Source: an uncultured Lachnospiraceae bacterium
GTDB taxonomy: Bacteria; Bacillota; Clostridia; Lachnospirales; Lachnospiraceae
Reading direction: 5' to 3'
Length of the DNA: 45,812 nt
Assembly: GCA_964388555.1 (NCBI GenBank)
Contig: CAYMAY010000004.1
Location: 1 to 45,812 of the forward strand
Both the position numbers and the translations under genes were made by a program. This document shows positions 19,516-27,326 of this stretch, piece after piece (positions within the stretch are counted from its first letter, which is position 1; every line of letters starts with the position of its first letter). A model generated the notes under the pieces. It was given only the letters and a program-made list of their open reading frames with translations, did no database searches and was not told where the DNA came from.

Positions 19516-21168
19516 TTATGATCTGCCTTTATATTCAAGGCACAGCATTGTTATATCGTCAAACTGATCGGCTTCTCCGACAAAGGCTTCGATGTCTTTT
19601 TTAACCGTGATCAATGTTTGCTTTGTATCGCATGAGCATGTTTTATTAAGGGCATTGCACATGCGATCAAGTCCGTAAAATTCCTGTGATGCGTTTTCGG
19701 CCTCGGGTATGCCGTCTGTGTAAAGGAAAATCCTGTCGCCGATTCCAAGAGTAAGGGAACCTTCTTTATATCTTATGCCTTCCATTCCGGCAAGAACAAA
19801 CCCGGGTTTAACATTGTATTCTTCATAGCTGCCGCCGGCTCTGTATATGAATGGCGGCTCGTGTCCGGCATTCACGTAGTTAAACTCGCCGGTTTCGGTA
19901 TCAAGTACGCCTTCGAATGCCGTTATAAACAGCCCCTCATTATTGCAGGAACAGAGCACATCGTTAACGGTGGAGAATACCTCGTTTAAGGCTATGCCGG
20001 GCTTTGTGTGGTCTTTTATCAGCGTTTTACCTATGACCATAAAGAGCGCCGCCGGTATTCCCTTGCCTGATACGTCTGCCATTACGACAGCCAGGTGGCG
20101 GTCATCAACCATAAATAAGTCGTAGAAGTCGCCGCCCACCTCCTTTGCGGGATTCATGGTAGCATATATATCGAATTCCGTCCGCTCGGGGAACGGCGGG
20201 AATATACACGGAAGCATGTCGGCCTGTATCTTCGTGGCCAGCGCAAGCTCTGTGCCGATGCGTTCTTTGTCCCTGGTCTCGCGGACAAGGTTTAACATGT
20301 ATTTCTTAAGATCTGATGTCAACGTTACAAGAGACGTCGAAAGGGATTCTATCTCGTCCTCCGAATGTATGCCGGGGTCGGAGTAGGAGAGCTTTTCCGG
20401 GTCGTCCTGTGTGCTGCTGTCGGTGACAAATTTTTCCGCCGCCGCCTGAATCTTAGAGACGGGTTCTATTACACTGCGGGACATCCAGCGGTAGATCAGC
20501 GCAAGGAATATCACGACCAGGGCGACAGTGGCGATAAGGACTAAGATAATGTAGTGTCCCAAAACGGCATATATATCGTCTACCGATATGTCCACGGCAA
20601 GTACGGCGATGGCCTCACCGTCAGAATTTATGAGGGGACACAATGCGGTATAATCGTGACCGTAGCTCGTTTCGTTGGAAAAGAAGCTTATTTCGTCGGA
20701 ATCCATGGCGTCTATGTAATGCTGTACAACGTCGGGAGAATAGGAATCTCCGGTGAGCTGACCAAGCCGGGCAAGAGTGTCGGATTCATGGTCTTCCTCG
20801 TACTGCGTAACTCCGGCAATGATATTCATCATGTTGTCGGTAGCGTCCGTGTTGAGGGGCTTAACGACGTACACGTATTCTATTTCGTAATTTTCTTTGA
20901 TCTCATTCAGCAGACCCTGAAGTTCTTCATACTCCTCGGATTGTTCGCCGGTTTCGATGCATTCCTCAAGATCGTCTGTATCAGTCATATCCGTAACGAA
21001 TTCGATAATACCGATCATATATGTATTGTATTGCTTATACATTCCGTTTATATACAGTATTGCACCTATAAAGCCTGTGGCGAAGCATGAGAGAATGCAA
21101 AATATGGCACAGCCGATAAGTATTTTGCGCCGCAGCGGACGTTTGTAGATTTGTTTTTTGTTCTTCAT
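19516..21168 (-). CDS. membrane-bound sensor PP2C (SpoIIE/RsbU family) serine phosphatase
   Basis: 550 aa. Order of elements: TM, an extracytoplasmic Cache-like region of about 170 aa, TM, a HAMP-like linker, then a PP2C core (ATKIQADMLP...EVGGDFYD...MADVSGKGIPAALFM...TDGIPEA). GGGAGGA SD at 21178-21184. Confidence 0.85.
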   Translation of the reverse strand: MKNKKQIYKRPLRRKILIGCAIFCILSCFATGFIGAILYINGMYKQYNTYMIGIIEFVTDMTDTDDLEECIETGEQSEEYEELQGLLNEIKENYEIEYVYVVKPLNTDATDNMMNIIAGVTQYEEDHESDTLARLGQLTGDSYSPDVVQHYIDAMDSDEISFFSNETSYGHDYTALCPLINSDGEAIAVLAVDISVDDIYAVLGHYIILVLIATVALVVIFLALIYRWMSRSVIEPVSKIQAAAEKFVTDSSTQDDPEKLSYSDPGIHSEDEIESLSTSLVTLTSDLKKYMLNLVRETRDKERIGTELALATKIQADMLPCIFPPFPERTEFDIYATMNPAKEVGGDFYDLFMVDDRHLAVVMADVSGKGIPAALFMVIGKTLIKDHTKPGIALNEVFSTVNDVLCSCNNEGLFITAFEGVLDTETGEFNYVNAGHEPPFIYRAGGSYEEYNVKPGFVLAGMEGIRYKEGSLTLGIGDRIFLYTDGIPEAENASQEFYGLDRMCNALNKTCSCDTKQTLITVKKDIEAFVGEADQFDDITMLCLEYKGRS

Positions 21169-24080
21169 TAGTTTTTATCCTCCCTGCCCGAGAATCTGTG
21201 GAACAGTCCGAGTATTCCCGTCGAAGCACCGAATATTAAAAGCGCAAATCTTATGTTAATTGACTCTATTATGCCGGCAAATATACTGGGTCCTAAGGAC
21301 TCGCCGATATTTTCCGAGAAATTATATATTCCCATCGCCCTGTCGGCGCCGTACGCCCTGGTAGCTCTAAGACCGAGATAATACGTCTGCTGTACGGGCT
21401 TTCCGAAGGATGAGCTTATACCCATTATAACAAGAGCCAGGATCATTCCGCCTATGGTTGGCGTCAGGGCATATATGACCATCGCCGCTATATTAAGTAT
21501 GAGGGCGATATACATTGAACCTGCGCCGAATCTTTTTGAAGCCCTGTCTGTAAGGGCGTTGGAAAGCAGTATTGCCGTCTGCGAATATATCATTATAAAC
21601 AGCGTACAGAGGGACTCACCGTATCCGTGGGCATCGCAGAAAAGCGGTACGTAGTAAAATACAAAGCTGCTGAATATGATATAAGGATTCTGGATGAGCA
21701 CCATAAATCCCAATACCTTTTTGTCGGATACATATCTACGGGTCGGAATGCTTCCGGAATCGTCTGTTTCGTCTGAGAGAGATCCGAGAAGACCGTCTAT
21801 CTTTTTAAGTAATACTCCGGAGATCAAAGCCAGGATCGCCCAGGAAATACATACGACGATAAAGACGTTCTGTCTTCCTGCCATCACGGCAAGCAGGGAA
21901 CCCGTTATCATTCCGAAGTTAATTCCCGAAAGATACGCGCTGTTGTATATGGAAAGACCACGTGTGCGGTTCGGCGTATCGCTTATGCAGCTTATGAGAA
22001 TGTAGACGGCGTTTGTGGAAAGACCTACGCCTATGCCGTCCAGCACCAGCCCGGCGAATGCCGTGTAATAATACGGGAACATGAATATAACAAGATTTCC
22101 CAAAAGAGAGCACATCGCCGAAATGATAAGCAGGCGTTTAAAGCCGAATCGTTTTATAAGGCGATTGCAGAACAGCGACATTACGCCTATGAGAAACAGG
22201 TTTATGGTTATGGGCAATGCTCCCGCGAAGCTTGCGAAGGCGCCGTCGAATATCTCCGCCTGACGCAGCAGGTATGCCGGCAGGAATGAAGCCGTCATGT
22301 TATAGGCGGCAAATATCAAAAATACCAGTATCCTTAATACGTGCCACGGCATGGCTTTCGTTGTCTTGAGAGATTCCGCATGGTAATCGTTGTAATTGCC
22401 GACGTACATGATTATCTCTACGGACACTATCCATACCAGCATGAGCATTACGAGAACGGAGAGGATAACACTCTGCATCATCTCCGAGATGGTGTCAGAT
22501 ATAACATAGGATTCTATGCCTACCGCCACGGCACCGCAGATCTCGCCGGTCGAATCCGTAACGGGAACCTTAACGGCGATGTATGTGCCGGATATATCCT
22601 CGACATTCTGATTCCACACGGCCTCGCCCGTATTTTTAAGCGTCACAAGGTCGTTCTGCTCATCTTCGTTTAAGGGGTAGTAAGCGCCTACGGACTGATC
22701 GAGATACGCTACAGCGTAGCCGGCAGAGCCGTCTGCGGGAATCTTAAGAATATTGCAGTATACCTGACGGCAGAACGCCACATCCATGGGGAAAGAACGT
22801 TCCATTATATCGCAGAGACGGTTGTAGGATTCGCCGCCGAATCCGCCGTTTTCTTCTATATCGGTGATATCGTCGCCATCTATCTGAGCTGCCACGGTAT
22901 ATGCCGAAACCTCGACCTGCTCACGTATCTTATCACCGTATTCGTCGGCGAATGAGTTGGTGAGTATGGTGCATATGATCACGGAAACGATGGCCACGGC
23001 CACGATGACGACACCCGACACGCGCTGTATGCGGGTGAGCCTGATGAGGGTGATAAATCTTATTACGCGCAGGCATACCATGATCAAAAGAACGACGCAG
23101 ACAACGGCGCAGATGATCCACAGAATCTGGAAGATCATTTCAGGCATGCCCTTTGAAAGCTCCGAGAATATGAATTCTTCATCGCCTTCGATCACATGAA
23201 TGCCGTCTTCGGCCGAAAGGATAAAGCCGCCATTTGCGGTAAATCCCGCAGTGACAGAGCCGCAAGAGTCCGTAGCAAACGAGCCGGACCGGGTTTCCTC
23301 ATTTACGAGACGCACCTCGTTGTCTACTATGTCGGTAAAATACAGGTCGTCGTCGTACATGGCGAGTTTGTACGGCACCACATAGCCGTCATCATTCTGA
23401 TAGGAATATATGACTTCGCCCGTGGTTTCGCCGTTGTTATATTTTGTTATGATGCCGGACTTGTCCAGTACGAACGTATGATCATCTGAAAAAAATACAT
23501 CGCTTACGGCATTTACGGCGTTTTCGTAAGGGATGCTTAAATCTCCTACGATTATCTCGTTTTCACGGCATTCTGCAAAGCATACATTGCCGTCAATGCG
23601 GGTTATTCCGTAAATGCTGCGCTTGCCCCTCTCCAGATCGGAGTGGTCAGACAGATAAACAGTTTCTATGTATTTTCCGTCGTTATCCAGATGTATAACA
23701 GCCTCCGTCGAAACAGACATTTCATCCCAAACGGATTCGGAGACATATATCCCGGATTCGTCAGCGTATATGTCGTCGATATAGGAAAAATCGCCGTTTT
23801 CGGTGCTTATATTTTCAACGGAAAAACGTATTTTGCCGTTCTCGTCAAAGCCTATGAGACGGGAGTGACCGCTGTCAGTCGCAACAAAGCCGCCATCCGC
23901 CATCTGTTCCGTCTGATACGTAAGATCCAGTATTGTGGTGGAGCTTGTGGCTTCCGATAAAGGCATGCGGAACATAAAACAAAAAGCGAAAAGCAGAGCC
24001 GTTATTATGATCAGAACCGCGTCTCTGCGGGTAAAACGGCGCAGCGTGATATATTCCTTAAGACTTTTAATGAATGACAT
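21168..24080 (-). CDS. fusion protein: two extracytoplasmic sensor-like domains (repeat/beta-propeller-like plus Cache-like) joined to a 12-TM MFS transporter core
   Basis: 970 aa. TM1 is at about aa 22-40, followed by about 290 aa of repeated D/G-rich strands and a TM hairpin. A Cache-like block of about 190 aa follows (GTYIAVKVPVTDSTGEICGAVAVGI). Then come 12 hydrophobic helices with an MFS loop motif (NRLIKRFGFKR). GAAAGGAG SD at 24091-24098. Confidence 0.75.
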   Translation of the reverse strand: MSFIKSLKEYITLRRFTRRDAVLIIITALLFAFCFMFRMPLSEATSSTTILDLTYQTEQMADGGFVATDSGHSRLIGFDENGKIRFSVENISTENGDFSYIDDIYADESGIYVSESVWDEMSVSTEAVIHLDNDGKYIETVYLSDHSDLERGKRSIYGITRIDGNVCFAECRENEIIVGDLSIPYENAVNAVSDVFFSDDHTFVLDKSGIITKYNNGETTGEVIYSYQNDDGYVVPYKLAMYDDDLYFTDIVDNEVRLVNEETRSGSFATDSCGSVTAGFTANGGFILSAEDGIHVIEGDEEFIFSELSKGMPEMIFQILWIICAVVCVVLLIMVCLRVIRFITLIRLTRIQRVSGVVIVAVAIVSVIICTILTNSFADEYGDKIREQVEVSAYTVAAQIDGDDITDIEENGGFGGESYNRLCDIMERSFPMDVAFCRQVYCNILKIPADGSAGYAVAYLDQSVGAYYPLNEDEQNDLVTLKNTGEAVWNQNVEDISGTYIAVKVPVTDSTGEICGAVAVGIESYVISDTISEMMQSVILSVLVMLMLVWIVSVEIIMYVGNYNDYHAESLKTTKAMPWHVLRILVFLIFAAYNMTASFLPAYLLRQAEIFDGAFASFAGALPITINLFLIGVMSLFCNRLIKRFGFKRLLIISAMCSLLGNLVIFMFPYYYTAFAGLVLDGIGVGLSTNAVYILISCISDTPNRTRGLSIYNSAYLSGINFGMITGSLLAVMAGRQNVFIVVCISWAILALISGVLLKKIDGLLGSLSDETDDSGSIPTRRYVSDKKVLGFMVLIQNPYIIFSSFVFYYVPLFCDAHGYGESLCTLFIMIYSQTAILLSNALTDRASKRFGAGSMYIALILNIAAMVIYALTPTIGGMILALVIMGISSSFGKPVQQTYYLGLRATRAYGADRAMGIYNFSENIGESLGPSIFAGIIESINIRFALLIFGASTGILGLFHRFSGREDKN

Positions 24081-25245
24081 AGTTGCCGTACTCCTTTCGA
24101 TTCAGGGGAGCGTCGAAGATAGTGTGGACATTGTCCTGAGACAGAAATTCCGGCAGAAGAATGCACGAAAGATTAAAGGCGTTTTTGTGCGCTTTGCGGC
24201 ATTTTCTGTAAGAATCCGTTTCGTCCATGCTGTCCACCTCGAGGATGTTTTCAGCACCGTAAAGATAATACGGCAGGGCAGGCATGGATATGTAGTCCTT
24301 GATGGATTCCAGTTTTCCCGCAGCCTTTGTAAGGGAATGCAGCGTTTTGCCCCGTTCGATAAAGGGCGCGCGTGCCTCGTAATATTTGCGCGTCAGGTCT
24401 TCACTTCTATCGTGAACCACATCACAATGCACATTAGGATATAATTCGCGAAGCCTGTCTATTACGTGCAGATATTTATCGCAGATTTCGTGGACAATGG
24501 CGCGGAAGTCGCTGATGGCCTTGTCCTTTACGTCCTTTGGTGTGTTTTCAAGAACTGCGCTCATATATTTTATGTAGGACATATCAGGCAGCGGGATGAC
24601 AACGGGAACATTCAGAAGCCTTGCGATATCGAAGGGATATTTGAGGAAAAACCATTCCTGTGGCGTGAGCCCCGTCTTCATGTTCTCAAACCGCAGATCA
24701 GATACATCAGAACCTCGTTCCAACAGAAATCCCCCCAGATCCTCATCCCGCAGCGATGAGGAATAAGGTTTTCCCGAATTAAAGTCGAAGCGTTCAAGAC
24801 TGCCGTCCTTAAGAAAAACATCGACAGTCACCTCATTTGAACCGAAAAGGCAGGGACCGCCTTCAACAGCCGAGCTTACGCCGTCATCAAGAGCCTTACG
24901 GAACGAATCCAAGCCGGACGTGAAATAAGGAAGCTTCGTTTTGGCGGAATATTCCAGACCGTTAAGCTGGGGCAGAATCTCTGTTATCACATTGTAATCA
25001 GCTATTTCAACCGTATTTTTATAGACGAGGGAATATTTGCCGTCGGCGTTTTTAAACGGCTCATAAAATTTCCTCGAGACTATCTGAAAATCCAGCATTT
25101 TCGGGTTACTCTTGTCATATACGGTGTTGTCGATGGAAATCCCTGCGTCTGCAAGGACTTCGGCGATCGATGCTTTGTTTATATTCATAAAATTATGCCA
25201 ATCATCTGAAGTCAATAATGTATGATATCGAAGTACAGGCTCCAA
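24067..25245 (-). CDS. hypothetical cytoplasmic protein (family not recognised)
   Basis: 392-aa ORF with no TM segment or signal peptide. The TTG start lies 5 nt after the nadE stop (first ATG at 25188), and the 3' end overlaps the next gene by 14 nt. Coding status is supported by the operon packing. Confidence 0.6.
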   Translation of the reverse strand: MEPVLRYHTLLTSDDWHNFMNINKASIAEVLADAGISIDNTVYDKSNPKMLDFQIVSRKFYEPFKNADGKYSLVYKNTVEIADYNVITEILPQLNGLEYSAKTKLPYFTSGLDSFRKALDDGVSSAVEGGPCLFGSNEVTVDVFLKDGSLERFDFNSGKPYSSSLRDEDLGGFLLERGSDVSDLRFENMKTGLTPQEWFFLKYPFDIARLLNVPVVIPLPDMSYIKYMSAVLENTPKDVKDKAISDFRAIVHEICDKYLHVIDRLRELYPNVHCDVVHDRSEDLTRKYYEARAPFIERGKTLHSLTKAAGKLESIKDYISMPALPYYLYGAENILEVDSMDETDSYRKCRKAHKNAFNLSCILLPEFLSQDNVHTIFDAPLNRKEYGNYVIH

Positions 25246-25250
25246 CCGCT

Positions 25251-27161
25251 TTAAAGATTTTCAAGCTGATTCAGCCATATATTAGCGCAGGCATCGCTGG
25301 GCATTCTAAGATCGCCTCTCGGTGAAACGGCAACGGAGCCGACCTTCGGACCGTCAGGCAGGCACGAACGCTTGAACTGCTGGCTGAAAAATCTCCTGTA
25401 AAATGTCTTGAGCCACTTCAATATGAATTCACGGTCGTATACGCCGTCAAACGAAAGAAGCGCGATCCTGAATATCTTTGCGGGCGAATAACCTATTCTC
25501 AACATATAGTATAAGAAGAAATCGTGTAATTCGTACGGTCCCACCAGCTCTTCCGTCTTCTGAGAGATAACGCCGTCCTTTGGAGGCAGGAGCTCCGGGC
25601 TGACCGGTGTATTCAGAACGTCCGTCAGTATCTTGGAGAGCTTTGAATCGCCGCAGGTATCCGCGTAATAACGCACGAGATGGCGTACAAGTGTCTTCGG
25701 TACGGAACAGTTTACGGCGTACATGGACATATGATCGCCGTTGTACGTTGCCCAGCCAAGCGCAAGCTCAGAAAGATCGCCTGTTCCGATTACCATTCCG
25801 CCGCTCTGGTTGGCGATGTCCATAAGGATCTGCGTACGTTCTCTCGCCTGGGAGTTTTCATACGTAACACTGTGGTCGGCCGGATCGTGACCTATGTCTC
25901 TGAAATGGATATTTACGGCCTCTTTTATATCTATTTCACGCAGCGTGGCTCCAAGAGAAATGGAAAGTGCGCAGGCGTTGTTGTAGGTTTTATCGGTGGT
26001 GCCGAAACATGGCATCGTAACGGCAGTGATCTTACTGCGCTCTATTCCCGCAAGGTCGAATGCACGAGCCGTAACGAGAAGTGCAAGTGTGGAATCCAGA
26101 CCGCCTGAAATACCTATAACGGCACTCTGGCAATGAGTATGTTCAAGACGCTTTTTAAGGCCCATGGCCTGAATGTTAAGGATCTCGTCGCAGCGCTGCT
26201 CACGGTTTGCCTTGTCCGACGGAACGAAGGGCTGCGGATCGAAACGTCTTGTAAGAGTTGTTTCCTCGACTGCCAGGTCAAATTCTACCGTCTTGTAGCC
26301 GTCATTTGACTGTATCGGATACGTTGTCATGCGTCTGCGCTCGCTTACCAGCCTGTCCACGTCTATCTCTGAATAAATTGTTTCGTTTGTAAAGCGCTCT
26401 GCCTCGCGCAGAACAGTTCCGTTCTCGCATATGAGAGAGTGACCGGAAAATACAAGATCTGTCGTGGATTCGCCATCCCCGGCGCTTGCATAAATATATC
26501 CGCTTATAAGGCTGGCGGACTGCGAGCAGACAAGCTGTTTTCTGTATCCGGCCTTGCCTGTCATTTCATCGCTGGCGGAAAGATTGACTATAACTGTCGC
26601 TCCCGCAAGGGCGTGGGAGATGCTGGGGGGCATCGGAACCCAGAGATCTTCACATATTTCCGCGGAAACTTTAAGATGGGGAACCGACTTGCACGAGAAT
26701 ATTATGTCAGTACCAAATGGCACATCCTCGCCGAAAAGAGATATGGTATCCGGCGTCTTATTTCCTGAGGAAAAATGCCTTGCCTCGTAAAATTCGTTGT
26801 AGTTCGGTATGTACGTTTTCGGAACTGCTCCGAGAATTTTGCCGTGATTAAGCGCGGCTGCGCAGTTGAAGAGCTTCCCGTTATGCTCAAGGGGAAGACC
26901 CACGAAGATAAGGGCGTCCACATCGGCTGTTTCTTCCATTATATGTTTAAGTGCGATGAGACATTCTTTAAGAAGCGTTTCCTGCCAGAAAAGATCCCGG
27001 CATTCGAACCCCGATATGCAAAGCTCCGGCAGCACGATGACCTTTGCCTTGTTGCCGGCAGCCTCTTTTATCTTATCTATAATAGCTTCCGCGTTTGCAC
27101 CGCAGTTGGCGATCTGTATCTTTGGAGTGGCCGCAGCCACTTTTATAAATCCGTTATTCAT
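25251..27161 (-). CDS. nadE: glutamine-dependent NAD(+) synthetase
   Basis: 636 aa. The N-terminal nitrilase/CN-hydrolase domain has LPELCISGF and ICEDLW. The C-terminal NAD synthase domain has the SGGLDS PP-loop. Confidence 0.92.
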   Translation of the reverse strand: MNNGFIKVAAATPKIQIANCGANAEAIIDKIKEAAGNKAKVIVLPELCISGFECRDLFWQETLLKECLIALKHIMEETADVDALIFVGLPLEHNGKLFNCAAALNHGKILGAVPKTYIPNYNEFYEARHFSSGNKTPDTISLFGEDVPFGTDIIFSCKSVPHLKVSAEICEDLWVPMPPSISHALAGATVIVNLSASDEMTGKAGYRKQLVCSQSASLISGYIYASAGDGESTTDLVFSGHSLICENGTVLREAERFTNETIYSEIDVDRLVSERRRMTTYPIQSNDGYKTVEFDLAVEETTLTRRFDPQPFVPSDKANREQRCDEILNIQAMGLKKRLEHTHCQSAVIGISGGLDSTLALLVTARAFDLAGIERSKITAVTMPCFGTTDKTYNNACALSISLGATLREIDIKEAVNIHFRDIGHDPADHSVTYENSQARERTQILMDIANQSGGMVIGTGDLSELALGWATYNGDHMSMYAVNCSVPKTLVRHLVRYYADTCGDSKLSKILTDVLNTPVSPELLPPKDGVISQKTEELVGPYELHDFFLYYMLRIGYSPAKIFRIALLSFDGVYDREFILKWLKTFYRRFFSQQFKRSCLPDGPKVGSVAVSPRGDLRMPSDACANIWLNQLENL

Positions 27162-27326
27162 GTATGTTCTCCTGTTTAGACGATTGATTCATCTTTAAAT
27201 TTTAATTCATTACGGTATTTTAGGCAACAAGTTTACACGCCAGCGAAAAAAATAAAATGACAAACTCCGCGGTTTGTGACATACTTGATGAATATATACA
27301 CAAAGAATTCAGCAGGAGACAGGACT

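Noticed and set aside
24796-24810. KDGSL motif in the 392-aa ORFan as evidence for an RNA/DNA-ligase-type nucleotidyltransferase
   Set aside because: It is a five-residue match only. I could not find the accompanying ligase motifs III, IV and V downstream, so it may be chance. It is mentioned as a lead, not used for annotation.
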